Virus record (IMG/VR): IMGVR_UViG_3300031087_000457
Reading direction: 5' to 3' (one strand)
Length of the DNA stretch: 64,000 bases
From: an uncultured virus (IMG/VR IMGVR_UViG_3300031087_000457)
Lineage: Duplodnaviria > Heunggongvirae > Uroviricota > Caudoviricetes
Below the pieces are notes generated by a model. It was given only the letters and a program-made list of their open reading frames with translations, was not told where the DNA came from and made no database searches. Below, one piece after another: positions 47,921 to 57,693 of the stretch; the first letter of the stretch is position 1, and every line of letters begins with the position of its first letter. The translations under genes and the position numbers were made by a program.

Positions 47921-48226
47921 ATGGCAAAGGCTGAAAGAGCGAGCAGGATCGCTGTAACCTTCCACGCTCCCGATGGGAGCTCACCGGCGGCTTCGGCTCT
48001 ATTCCTCGATACCACCATCGAGGAGATCTTCAGTGGTTCCGCTAGCCATGTACAGATCGGAGAAAACCTCTCCGGGGAGATCATGTACTCCTTCCAGAAG
48101 CCTCTCGTGAGCTCTCCCGAGCTCATGGAAGAATTCTTCAGGAAGCTCAAGCGACTCTTCGTGCTCACCAAGAGCCACAGGCCCCACTTCACTCAGCTCC
48201 CGGAGCTCCCCGGAGGTAGGAACTAG
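47921..48226 (+). CDS. Small hypothetical protein
   Basis: GGAGG RBS before ATG 47921. Confidence 0.6.
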   Translation: MAKAERASRIAVTFHAPDGSSPAASALFLDTTIEEIFSGSASHVQIGENLSGEIMYSFQKPLVSSPELMEEFFRKLKRLFVLTKSHRPHFTQLPELPGGRN

Positions 48227-48228
48227 GA

Positions 48229-49506
48229 ATGATGCTACCAGCAGTCTACACGCGCGCAGGCCTGAAGAAAGAATCCCCCACCTTCCGCATCGAGGCCATC
48301 ATCTCAGATGGCATGTGGTACTCCTTCAGCAAGTGGAAGAGGCTCGCCCAGGTCACCGACGAGGAGCTCCAGGACTGGATCGACACCAACATGGAGTCGG
48401 GCGATCTCATCCAGTCCAAGACGGGAGCCAAGTCCTTCCGGGTGGGCCACGAGTACATCAAGGAGTGGCACAGGAATCACGGTGCTCCCCCGGGGAAGCA
48501 GCTCCTCGACTTCCTCTTCCCGCCCCGGATCTGGGGAGGGATGACTGAGATCGAGGGTTTCCTTGAGGCTCCCCTCCGGGAGATCGGCATCGTTTCCTTC
48601 ATCTGTGCAGATCATGTGGCAGAGGAGGCCATCGAGGCCCTTCGGGGTGTGGCTCGAGTCCGTGTGGACAAGAAGGGCAACTACAAGGCCTACGGACTGA
48701 GCGCTGGCTACATCAAGGAGATCATCCAGAAGGTCTTCGCCAAGTACCCGGCCATGGAGACCGACAAGATCTACTCCCGCAATGAGTCGAAGCGCCGGGA
48801 GATGGTGGACTTCAGCAACTCCTATGCCAACAGCATCGTTCACTTCTATGTGGAGTTCGGCAAGTCGCTGGCCAAGAAGGAGAAGGAGACCATCCAGATC
48901 TTCCTCCCCGACTATGAGGATCAGCGCTCGCAGATGGTCATGTGGGTCATCGAGGCCATCGAGAAGTTCAATGAGTCAGCCTCGGTGCCTTTCAGTGGCT
49001 ACCTGGACAATGTGCTCAAGCGCTGGCCCTACGACCTCCCCATGCTCTTCCTCGGCAAGGACCTCAGCACCTTCCAGCGCGAGCGCTCCCGGGCGCTCAC
49101 GCGGCTTCGGGCCAAGGCCGGCGATGACGGAACCGCGAGCTTCTCTGCCAAGGCGATCTCCGAGGAGATGGGATTGAGCTCCGTGGAGTTCACCGACCTC
49201 GAGGAGAGCCACAAGGCCTGGCTGCGCTCTCAGACGGCAACGACCCTGACCTGGGGAGAGACAGCTGAAGAGAAGTCCTCCACCAATGTGATGGAGCCCC
49301 TGGAGGTGGCCGAGTCCGATCTCGAGCTCGCCAGCAAGATCTCAGAGGGCATCATCAATGCCGCCCTGGAGACTGGACTCTACGAGGATGCTTTGGTCAC
49401 TGCCTCGCAGATCGATCTCCACGACATCGACATGCGGAAGCTCGCTGACCTCGACCGAAGCTTCGTGATCGCACTCGGCAAGCAGCTCGAGGAACACGCG
49501 GAGTAA
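48229..49506 (+). CDS. Divergent sigma-70-like protein
   Basis: WVIEAIEKFNESASVPFSGYL (region 2-like); AKAISEEMGLS (region 3-like HTH). Confidence 0.55.
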   Translation: MMLPAVYTRAGLKKESPTFRIEAIISDGMWYSFSKWKRLAQVTDEELQDWIDTNMESGDLIQSKTGAKSFRVGHEYIKEWHRNHGAPPGKQLLDFLFPPRIWGGMTEIEGFLEAPLREIGIVSFICADHVAEEAIEALRGVARVRVDKKGNYKAYGLSAGYIKEIIQKVFAKYPAMETDKIYSRNESKRREMVDFSNSYANSIVHFYVEFGKSLAKKEKETIQIFLPDYEDQRSQMVMWVIEAIEKFNESASVPFSGYLDNVLKRWPYDLPMLFLGKDLSTFQRERSRALTRLRAKAGDDGTASFSAKAISEEMGLSSVEFTDLEESHKAWLRSQTATTLTWGETAEEKSSTNVMEPLEVAESDLELASKISEGIINAALETGLYEDALVTASQIDLHDIDMRKLADLDRSFVIALGKQLEEHAE

Positions 49507-49510
49507 GCCC

Positions 49511-49939
49511 ATGAGAGAATTCTCTGCCCGAGAGAGGGCCTTCCTTGAGAAGAAGCTCCCCGGATCTACCACCGGTGGGACGGCTACGGCCACTTCTCAG
49601 GGAAGGCCCGGCAGAGACCTCTCCCCCATCACTAGGTTCGGCTCGCTCTTCGGCACGCTGATCGCCTACACTCCCCTGGTCATAGGGAGCATCACTCTTA
49701 TCTTCTCGGCGCTCCTGGGCTACCTCTACCTCTGGGGTAGAAACTTCTTCAAGGTTTCGGATGTGGAGCGCCTGAGCTCCGATGGAACCATCGGGCTCAT
49801 GGATGAAACCTCCAGGGGTTGGCTCCAGGGCACCCTCGACCTATTCAACATGGCTCCCTGGCTCATCCTTGGGACGATCATCCTGGGGATCATCCTCATG
49901 GGCGTGAGCATGCTACTCGTAAGGAAGCGCAATGGCTAA
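49511..49939 (+). CDS. Two-TM membrane protein
   Basis: Hydrophobic segments. Confidence 0.7.
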   Translation: MREFSARERAFLEKKLPGSTTGGTATATSQGRPGRDLSPITRFGSLFGTLIAYTPLVIGSITLIFSALLGYLYLWGRNFFKVSDVERLSSDGTIGLMDETSRGWLQGTLDLFNMAPWLILGTIILGIILMGVSMLLVRKRNG

Positions 49940-50597
49940 GAAAAAGATCAGCATCGAAGACCTTAGGAATCGCAAGGGAGTCAAGATCGCTCCCTGGACC
50001 ACCGTGGTCTTCGCAGTGCTCGTGGCAGTTGGGCTCATCGCCGGGCTCTTCGCCGTGGCCAGCTCCGTGGGTAAGGCCAACGAGCTCCCCGAGTCCCAGA
50101 AGGTCACACGAAGCCTCTCGGGTAAGACCCTGGCTGAAGATCGTCAGGATGCTGTCAGCGCTGTGAGCGCTCTACTCAAGGACACCAACGCGCCGAAGAC
50201 CATCGCTGAGGCCGGAGATACCATCGGAGAGCTTGAGAAGGGTGACTACAGTAGCCTTGCTCCTGGATTCTCGAAGCACATTCGCTACTACGACGCCTAC
50301 AAGGACAACACTGACTTCCAGTCTGAGGTTGCCATGAGTCTCTACTCGGTAGCTGCACTCGCCAAGGAAGCCAACGATGGAAAAATCACCCCCGACGAGT
50401 CTCTAACAGGCACGGTTCGAGTTGACCAGGAAACTGGAATTGCTCAGGTACCCATCGACATCTTTACTGGTAAGGATTCTCCCATCGCCTTCGAGATGAT
50501 CTATGTGGACGGATCCTGGAAGCTCGAACCCCACAGCTTCAGTAGCTACATTCGACTCTCGGCCGCCCTACAGGCTAGTTCTGACGGTTCCAAGTAA
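49932..50597 (+). CDS. Membrane-anchored exported protein
   Basis: N-terminal TM; ends ...YVDGSWKL (NTF2-like ending). Confidence 0.75.
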   Translation: MAKKKISIEDLRNRKGVKIAPWTTVVFAVLVAVGLIAGLFAVASSVGKANELPESQKVTRSLSGKTLAEDRQDAVSAVSALLKDTNAPKTIAEAGDTIGELEKGDYSSLAPGFSKHIRYYDAYKDNTDFQSEVAMSLYSVAALAKEANDGKITPDESLTGTVRVDQETGIAQVPIDIFTGKDSPIAFEMIYVDGSWKLEPHSFSSYIRLSAALQASSDGSK

Positions 50598-50824
50598 TGC
50601 GCTAACTCCATCCTGAGCGCGGGCGCTAGAGTGGCACTATAGCCGATGCTCTAGCGCCCGTTTCTCAGTTTCTAGCGAAACTTCTTCTCAGCACGGCGCT
50701 TTCGGTGAACGATGCGAGACCACTCCGGAGCTCCCAAAAGATCACCCGAGAACGACGCCGGGAGCCAGCGCTCTTTTCGGTATCGTAGGACCGTAGCACC
50801 CAACCCTTAGCGAGGCCAAAATCT

Positions 50825-53101
50825 ATGGGAATCTCCCTGAAGAGCATTGAGCTCACCAATGTCCGTTCTCACCGAAACTTCAAGTTCGAACCTGCTGATT
50901 CGGGAATCACGGCGCTCTCCGGTCCGACTGGATCTGGGAAGTCCACCATCGTGGACGCCTTCGCCTGGACGCTCTTCGGCCATCGCAACAAGGGGCTCAA
51001 GCACTCTGACTTCATTCGAGAAGGAATCGACTTCAAGAAGGACGAGAAGCCTAGCTCTACCATCGTCTTCGAGGTTGATGGAACGCTCTTTAAGGTTGAG
51101 CGTAGGATCACCGCCAAGAGCGGAAGCCAGGAGTGCGAGGTCTGGGAGTGGAGTTCCGACGAGGAAGATTGGAAGCACAAGGCGGGCACGGCCACATCCC
51201 ACGCTGAGAGCTACATCCGTCAGATTCTCAAGATGGACAAGGATGGCTTTACGACCGCCGTTCTCGTGCAGCAGAAGCAGGTTGATAACCTGATCTCAGC
51301 TGGTCCCACTGACAGGGCAAAGGTCATCGAGAAGCTCACTGGCATCGCCTCGATCAGTTCCGCCATCGTAGCTGCCAGACAGGAGCGCAATCGAACCAAG
51401 GACAAGCTCGACGACGCCTCCGTGGACGAGGACGAGCTCGGCCGCATCGACGGCGAGCTCCTCGAGTCCAGCAAGCGACTCACGGTGCTCAAGGATGAGC
51501 ACCGGGTCGCCAAGGACAAGCTTCAGGCCGTCCACACTAAGCTCAAGGACTTCGAGGAAGAGGTAGACGAGAAGATCAGGCTCTTCGAGCGCTCCGAGAA
51601 GGCACGCAAGGCCCAGAGCGAGATCGAGGTTCGGCTCGAAACTGCCGAGGGACTCCTTGTGGACGCCAAGAGTGAGAAGGATGAGGCCAAGGCTCAGCTT
51701 CCCTCCGGCGGATCTCGAGGCGTGTCCTTCGATGACTCGCTCCGAGCGCTGAAGAAGCTCCAGTCGGCTGTGGCCACCCTGGAGAGCTCCAAGCTCTACC
51801 ACGAGCGCATCCTTTCCAACTCCAACGCCAAGCTTCGAGAGCTCAAGGGGCTCATCGCCGACTCTGACTTCGACTCCCTGGAGGATCTTGAGAAAGCCGA
51901 GGAGTCCAACCGGGAGGAGCTCGACTCCATCGGAAAGAAGCTCCGTAAGATCAGCGATGAGGCCGGCGAGCTCCGCGGTGAGATCTCCCAGTTCGAGTCG
52001 GCCATCGAGGTCGTCTCCCACGGCGAGGACTGCCCAACCTGTCGCCAGTCTGTGTCCGATGTGGCCGGAGCAGTGAAGGCCCTGGAGTCGCAGCGAGACG
52101 CCATTCAGGCCCGGCTCAAGAAGCTCGAGTCCAAGGGTGAAAAGCTCCAGGCAGAGCGAGAGGCCAAGCGAAAGCTCTCCCGAACCCTGGATGAGCTCAC
52201 AGAGAGCTTCGAAGAGCTGAGCCAGGAGGAGAAGGCCATCACCAGCTCCGAAAGCGAGCTCGCCGATGTGAGCTCCGACCTCAAGGCTCGCTCCAGTGAG
52301 CTCAAGGCCGCCGACAAGCTCCACAAGATCGTGGAGCGCGAGGAGGAGAACTCTAGACGCTACGAGGCCGCTCTGGCTCGACTTCAGAAGATCATGCAGA
52401 CCATCGATGACCTCAAGGCCAAGAACAGGCGAGCCGGAGAGATCCTCAAGGAGACCAAGGCTCCCTCCGAGCAGAAGATCAACAGCCTGCGGAAGAAGCT
52501 CTACGAGCAGCAGGTGAGCTACCAGGATGGTCGAGTGGCTCTGGGAGAGCTCAAGTCGGAGGCTCGCATCCTTTCGAGCAGCATCACCCACCTCACTGAG
52601 AAGAAGGAGAGCGCCGAGAAGGAGATCGAGCGCCATAAGGATCTCCTCAAGTCGGTGGAGGTCGCAACTGCTACGCTCCAGACGCTCATCGAGTTCCGGG
52701 CTGATCGAGTCAAGACCGCTCTACCCACCATCGAGAGCTATGCCTCAGAGCTCCTCTCTCGCTTCACGGATGGAAAGTTCGTCGCGCTGAACCTCGATGA
52801 GAAGTTCAACGCATCCGTGGTGCTGTCGAGTGGAGCCAAGAGGCCAGTTGCGCTCCTTTCGGGTGGAGAGCTTTCGGCTGCTGCCATCGCGCTGCGGCTC
52901 TCTGTGAGCATGATGCTCAATGCCTCAGACAGTAGCAACCTCATCATCCTCGACGAGGTTCTCGTTTCCCAGGACGCTGATCGCTCCGAGCTCATCCTGT
53001 CCACCATCAAGGATGTCTGTAGGGGGCAGGTGGTGATGATTTCCCACGGTTCCGGTGTATCCGCCGTTGCGGACAAGAAAGTCGACCTGGCTGGCAGCTG
53101 A
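50825..53101 (+). CDS. sbcC: SbcC/Rad50 SMC-like ATPase
   Basis: Walker A GPTGSGKST, coiled coils, CPTC zinc hook, LSGGE signature, IILDE, ISH. Confidence 0.88.
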   Translation: MGISLKSIELTNVRSHRNFKFEPADSGITALSGPTGSGKSTIVDAFAWTLFGHRNKGLKHSDFIREGIDFKKDEKPSSTIVFEVDGTLFKVERRITAKSGSQECEVWEWSSDEEDWKHKAGTATSHAESYIRQILKMDKDGFTTAVLVQQKQVDNLISAGPTDRAKVIEKLTGIASISSAIVAARQERNRTKDKLDDASVDEDELGRIDGELLESSKRLTVLKDEHRVAKDKLQAVHTKLKDFEEEVDEKIRLFERSEKARKAQSEIEVRLETAEGLLVDAKSEKDEAKAQLPSGGSRGVSFDDSLRALKKLQSAVATLESSKLYHERILSNSNAKLRELKGLIADSDFDSLEDLEKAEESNREELDSIGKKLRKISDEAGELRGEISQFESAIEVVSHGEDCPTCRQSVSDVAGAVKALESQRDAIQARLKKLESKGEKLQAEREAKRKLSRTLDELTESFEELSQEEKAITSSESELADVSSDLKARSSELKAADKLHKIVEREEENSRRYEAALARLQKIMQTIDDLKAKNRRAGEILKETKAPSEQKINSLRKKLYEQQVSYQDGRVALGELKSEARILSSSITHLTEKKESAEKEIERHKDLLKSVEVATATLQTLIEFRADRVKTALPTIESYASELLSRFTDGKFVALNLDEKFNASVVLSSGAKRPVALLSGGELSAAAIALRLSVSMMLNASDSSNLIILDEVLVSQDADRSELILSTIKDVCRGQVVMISHGSGVSAVADKKVDLAGS

Positions 53102-53145
53102 GTCGATATGGCCGCCATAATGGTCGGCCAATGGAAGAGGATTAG

Positions 53146-54363
53146 ATGCTGAACTTCGTCAACGACCCATTTTGGAACAGCTGCCTGCAATCGCTCGCAA
53201 GGCCTGGAGCCTCGGAGTTCGTTGCCAACGGCCCCGACAGCTTCTTCGTGACCTATCAGGGAAAGAAGGAGCGCATTCCAGCTCCAGCTGGCATGAACCT
53301 GCGAAGCTACTCAGAGACCCTGGAGAAGAACATCGTTCCTCTCGTAGCCTCGCGAATGAACTTCGATCCCGATGGCTACATCTTCGAGGGCCATTACAAG
53401 GCCGATGCTGGAGGGGGAAACTCCTTCGAGGGAAGATGCCACATCGCACTCTCGCCCATCGCGGAAATCCCCTACATCACCATGACCAAGATCGCCTCAA
53501 CTTCGAGCACCATCGAGAGCATCGCGGAGTCGGGCTCCATGAGCACTGAGATGATGCAGTTCCTGATCATGGCGGTCCGCGCAAAGCTCACCATCGTCCT
53601 CTCTGGGCAGTCGGGCGCTGGAAAGACCACCACCCTGCAGGCACTGTCGAAGTACTTCAATGAGCAGGATCGCATCGGCGTGGCTGAGGACATCCCCGAG
53701 CTCTCCTTCCCCCAGTCCAATGTGACCTACCTGCACACGCTTCCCCCTCGCCCCGGGCTTGACCCGAACCTTGTGGCGGACCTTTCCTTCATCGTTAAGC
53801 AGTGGCTTCGAATGCGTCCGGACCGTGGAATCATCGGTGAGTCTCGAGGAAAGGAGTTCGCCGACTTCCTCGTGGCAGCCAACGCTGGTATGAGAGGATC
53901 GCTGACCACCATCCACGCCAGCGATCCATCGGGCGCCCTGGACAAGATGACTCGCTTTGCCCTGGCAGGGTCCGAGAGGCAGCCCATCCGGTCCATCAAC
54001 AAGGAGATCGGCTCAGCGGTGGATCTCGTCGTTCAGCTCGCACGCATCGACGGCAAGCACCGGGTGACCCACATCGAGGAAGTCACGAGCACCGTGAGCA
54101 ACACCGAAGATGCTCGACTCTCCTCGGAGACGCTCTACGAGTACATGCCTGAGACCGACAACTGGAGGAAGTCTGGAGTCCTCTCGGACAGACTTCGCAA
54201 GGAGCTCACTTCCGCTGGCATCGACATCAAGCCCTTCACTTCAGGCGCCGTTGGAACGATGCTTCCGAAGCACAATCCCGCCAGGGCTAACCCCAACAGC
54301 AACAACGGCGGAGGTTTCTCAGGAGAAAATCCTTTCAGAAGCGGACCAGGAAGGTCTATCTGA
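53146..54363 (+). CDS. CpaF/TadA (VirB11-like) secretion ATPase
   Basis: SGQSGAGKTT, EDIPEL, LRMRPDR.IIGESRG, TTIHA. Confidence 0.9.
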   Translation: MLNFVNDPFWNSCLQSLARPGASEFVANGPDSFFVTYQGKKERIPAPAGMNLRSYSETLEKNIVPLVASRMNFDPDGYIFEGHYKADAGGGNSFEGRCHIALSPIAEIPYITMTKIASTSSTIESIAESGSMSTEMMQFLIMAVRAKLTIVLSGQSGAGKTTTLQALSKYFNEQDRIGVAEDIPELSFPQSNVTYLHTLPPRPGLDPNLVADLSFIVKQWLRMRPDRGIIGESRGKEFADFLVAANAGMRGSLTTIHASDPSGALDKMTRFALAGSERQPIRSINKEIGSAVDLVVQLARIDGKHRVTHIEEVTSTVSNTEDARLSSETLYEYMPETDNWRKSGVLSDRLRKELTSAGIDIKPFTSGAVGTMLPKHNPARANPNSNNGGGFSGENPFRSGPGRSI

Positions 54364-54366
54364 CCC

Positions 54367-55425
54367 ATGTCCGAAAAGAGAGTGACCGTAGACGCGCTGA
54401 GGCTCTATGTGCCCATGTTCCAGCGCGGAGAGGCAGCTGAAGCTCGCTTCAAGGCCGAAGAGGGTAGCCTACCAGATGACCTTGCTGATCGTGCAAGGCT
54501 CCTGTCCGAGCGACCAATGAAGAAGCTCGCCTACGATGAGCTCACTGAGCTCACCTACCCTCTCATGCGCAGAGAGATTCAGTCGGTGATCCGCAACAGC
54601 CATCTGAAGCGCGAAGAGGATGAGATCTTCTCTGTGATCTACTATGCTGGACTTGGAGGCATGGAGCGAGGGCTGCGCAAGTTCGAGGTCTCCAAGATCG
54701 AGGAGTCTGCCACCAACTACCTCTTCCAGTGGATCATGGTCTACGCCAAGAAGGAGCTCCTGAAGCTAGAGGCTCCCATGGGTGTTCCACCGACTCGCTT
54801 CCAGAAGCACAAGAAGATCGCAGCTGTCCGCAAGAAGCTCTCTGAGATCCTGGATCGACCTGCCACCAACGAGGAGATCCTCGAGTACTTCCACACCGGA
54901 CGGGCTGAGTTCAAGAGCTACAACGGTCCGAAGATCAAGACGGCCGGAGTCTCCGAGGCCAATAAGAAGATCACCATGGAGCTCATCGAGGAACAGGAGG
55001 AGATCGAGAAGAACCTGAGCTTCGCCCAGATCTTCGATTCCTCCGAGGACTACAGGTCCGAAAGGCTGCTCTCAGCCTCCGACAGGACTCCCTTCTCCGA
55101 GACCCTCATGGGTACCTTCGTTTCGAGCATGCGCTTCGACCCCGAGGCCGTCGCCGTGCTCAAGTCCGAACTTCAGCAAGAGACATCAGAGGCCGAAGAT
55201 CAGCTCCTTCGAGGAATCTCAGCCACGAAGCACCAGAGCACCATGCGCGTCTGGAGAGAGTATCTCGCTGACCCTCGAGGAGACTTCAGGACCTTCCTCC
55301 AGGGTGAAACTCACAGTGGATTTAGTGACCATGACATCGAAGCAATGCTGAAGTCCTTCGGAGCTGCTCCCAAGAGCAAGCGCTCCGTTCAGCCAGCTCG
55401 CTACAGCGTGCTCTTCGGGAACTAG
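54367..55425 (+). CDS. Divergent sigma-70-like protein
   Basis: AGLGGMERGLRKFE...ATNYLFQWI (region 2-like); LSEILDRPATNEEI (region 3-like). Confidence 0.6.
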   Translation: MSEKRVTVDALRLYVPMFQRGEAAEARFKAEEGSLPDDLADRARLLSERPMKKLAYDELTELTYPLMRREIQSVIRNSHLKREEDEIFSVIYYAGLGGMERGLRKFEVSKIEESATNYLFQWIMVYAKKELLKLEAPMGVPPTRFQKHKKIAAVRKKLSEILDRPATNEEILEYFHTGRAEFKSYNGPKIKTAGVSEANKKITMELIEEQEEIEKNLSFAQIFDSSEDYRSERLLSASDRTPFSETLMGTFVSSMRFDPEAVAVLKSELQQETSEAEDQLLRGISATKHQSTMRVWREYLADPRGDFRTFLQGETHSGFSDHDIEAMLKSFGAAPKSKRSVQPARYSVLFGN

Positions 55426-55434
55426 GAGAAGAAA

Positions 55435-55713
55435 TTGGACAACCAGACCACGGTGTTTCTCGCACTCATGGCGCTCATGCTCCTGGGTGTGATCTATGTG
55501 ATCTACCGCTTCGTTCAGAGTGTGAAGGCCAAGCGTGCCTACGACAGCGAAGAGCTTCCCGATCTCTATGAGGCCTCCATCGAAGATGAGGTGCTTCCAG
55601 ACATCGAGGAATCTGGCTTCTCCGCCCTGGAGGATGACTTCAGCTCCCGGGAAGAGTCAGCTTCAGATATCTACCGAGAGATCTCGGAAGCCAACGATAG
55701 GAACGGTAGATAG
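55435..55713 (+). CDS. Small TM protein with an acidic tail
   Basis: TTG start with AGGAG RBS. Confidence 0.65.
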   Translation: MDNQTTVFLALMALMLLGVIYVIYRFVQSVKAKRAYDSEELPDLYEASIEDEVLPDIEESGFSALEDDFSSREESASDIYREISEANDRNGR

Positions 55714-55810
55714 GCCTGTAGCAGGCACTTCTCTGTGATATTGGTTCACGGATCGCAACGATCATCAGGCCCACTTCGGGCGCAACCGGAAAGAAAGAAG
55801 AGGTAACCCT

Positions 55811-56101
55811 ATGGCTGATCTACTCAAGAAGGAAGAGCTCGTAGCCGCTGTCGCGGAGGAGACCAACCTCACGAAGGCCGATGTGACTCGAGTTCTCGCA
55901 TCGCTTCAGGAGAACATCACCAAGGCAGTTGTCGATGGCAAGCAGGTGAAGCTCCCCGGCTTCCTCGCCTTCGAGTCCCGCACCAACGCAGCTCGCACCA
56001 TGAGGAACCCCTCCACCGGCGAGCCCATCCAGGTCGCCGAGAAGAAGGTCGTCAAGGTTCGGCCTCTCACTGCCTTCGCAGACACGGTCAAGAACAGCTG
56101 A
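55811..56101 (+). CDS. hup: HU family DNA-binding protein
   Basis: KEELVAAVA, V.LPGF..F, AARTMRNPSTGEPI. Confidence 0.92.
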   Translation: MADLLKKEELVAAVAEETNLTKADVTRVLASLQENITKAVVDGKQVKLPGFLAFESRTNAARTMRNPSTGEPIQVAEKKVVKVRPLTAFADTVKNS

Positions 56102-56118
56102 TCTTCCTGAAGATCTTG

Positions 56119-56156
56119 GCGGGGCGGGTGCATTGCATCCGCCCCGCTTCCTTTTT
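56119..56156 (+). terminator. Intrinsic terminator after HU
   Basis: gcggggcgggtgca-t-tgcatccgccccgc followed by ttccttttt. Confidence 0.75.
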
Positions 56157-56221
56157 GCCGCGAGGGGATCAACATTTCGGTACTGTAGCCCGGAAACACT
56201 CACCCAGAAAAAGGAGAGCCC

Positions 56222-56695
56222 ATGAGCACGATGGCTTCTAGAATCGCCTTCCATGTGAAGCTCGCTGAGAACTACATGGAGCTCATCGATGAGGCCATCG
56301 AGGACGAGCTCAGTATCGCACAGCGCAAGTGGGGCGTGGACCTCAGCGACGAGACCATCGAGTCAGTGAAGCGCCACAGCCTCAACCAGCTCTCCATGAA
56401 GGTTGATCTCAGCCTGAAAACATCCTGGAACTTCCAGCCCGTCGTGAGCGTCAAGATCAAGGGGCTCTCCAAGAACAGCGGAAGCGGCCTCCTCAAGGAC
56501 CTCAATCTCCCCGAGGAGCTCAGCAGCGTTCCCGACATCGCCCTGGTGCTCAGCAAGGCCGACGGCTTTGAGGTTGAGTCCGAGCCTTCGGATGGCACCG
56601 TCCTCCCCTCGGAGCTCGGAGACTACATTCTGAAGAAGATCCTGACCTGGGCTCGCACCGGCATCTTCTACGGCGTCGGATCCTACAAGAGCTGA
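56222..56695 (+). CDS. Hypothetical protein
   Basis: AAGGAG RBS. Confidence 0.75.
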   Translation: MSTMASRIAFHVKLAENYMELIDEAIEDELSIAQRKWGVDLSDETIESVKRHSLNQLSMKVDLSLKTSWNFQPVVSVKIKGLSKNSGSGLLKDLNLPEELSSVPDIALVLSKADGFEVESEPSDGTVLPSELGDYILKKILTWARTGIFYGVGSYKS

Positions 56696-56697
56696 TC

Positions 56698-57108
56698 GTG
56701 AAGGAATCCCACGCCCGGCCGGGCTACAAGCGCAGGCACAGGTCCCTGGTGGACGATGTGGCTGCCCACGCCAACATCCGCAGGGATGTGGTCGAAGATG
56801 TGCTCAACGGCTTCTACGACATCATGGCGGAGAGACTTCTCAACGAGCGAGAGTTCCTCCTCAAGGACCTGATCTCGATCCACGCTGTGCGAACGAAGAA
56901 CGGGATCCGGCCTGAGCCGCATCTTCAGTTTCGAGCAAAGGTCTCTCAGGGCCTCCGGAAGCTCCTGCAGCGCACCGAGGAGGATCCGGCCCTTGAGGTA
57001 ACTCGAGAGAGCTGGCGGGATCAGATCCGAGCACTCAGGGGGAGCTCCAGGAGCGGTTCAAAGCCCATGGAGCTCAGCGACTTCCTCAGGGATGATGACG
57101 AGGATTAG
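56698..57108 (+). CDS. Divergent HU/IHF-like protein
   Basis: LVDDVAAHANIRRDVVEDVLNGFYDIMAERL...FRAKVSQGLRK resembles the HU fold. Confidence 0.5.
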   Translation: MKESHARPGYKRRHRSLVDDVAAHANIRRDVVEDVLNGFYDIMAERLLNEREFLLKDLISIHAVRTKNGIRPEPHLQFRAKVSQGLRKLLQRTEEDPALEVTRESWRDQIRALRGSSRSGSKPMELSDFLRDDDED

Positions 57109-57165
57109 ACCTTGACAGGCGATATGAACACCTATTAAGTTCCGCCGCCCGAGAGGTCAAGAGCA

Positions 57166-57693
57166 ATGCTCACCTACGCATCAATGCCCCAGGATACGAA
57201 GCGCATCGCCAGCGCGAATCTCGGTCGAGGCGTTCTACGGTCGGTGTTTTCAGGTGGCCACGAGTACCACCTCATGCTGAAGCTCGAGGACGGTGAGATC
57301 ATTGGCTTCGCTATCTACCACTTCGAGGAGTACAGCGCCGGCGGCAGGGATGGCATCCTTGGAGTGCTGGACTGCGTTGTGGTGGACGAAGCTCAGAGAC
57401 GCATGGGCTATGGCTCAGAGATGACCTTCGCAGTCTTCAAGAAGATGTCTGCCTATGGCGTGGATCGGGTCGAAATCCTGATCAAGGAGCCCGGCTACCT
57501 CGACCGGGACGGAGAGCCTGGAGTTCCCCTCGCGAGTCCCAGCTCGATCTTCGATCTCCTAGGCTTCAAGGAGGTCAAGACCTTCCATGGGTACTATAGA
57601 ACGGCCTCGGAGAGACTCGGCTACGAGTGCAAGTTCTGCGGGAATATGCCGGACAGCTGCAGGGCTGTTCTCTACGCGAAGGAATCTCTCTAG
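57166..57693 (+). CDS. GNAT family acetyltransferase
   Basis: VVVDEAQRRMGYGS acetyl-CoA motif; LGF; C-terminal CKFC...C. Confidence 0.8.
   Translation: MLTYASMPQDTKRIASANLGRGVLRSVFSGGHEYHLMLKLEDGEIIGFAIYHFEEYSAGGRDGILGVLDCVVVDEAQRRMGYGSEMTFAVFKKMSAYGVDRVEILIKEPGYLDRDGEPGVPLASPSSIFDLLGFKEVKTFHGYYRTASERLGYECKFCGNMPDSCRAVLYAKESL

Noticed and set aside
46532..52636. Long antisense ORFs (e.g. 46532-47776, 51296-52636; many similar ones elsewhere)
   Set aside because: Shadow ORFs produced by GC-rich codon bias opposite well-supported + strand genes.
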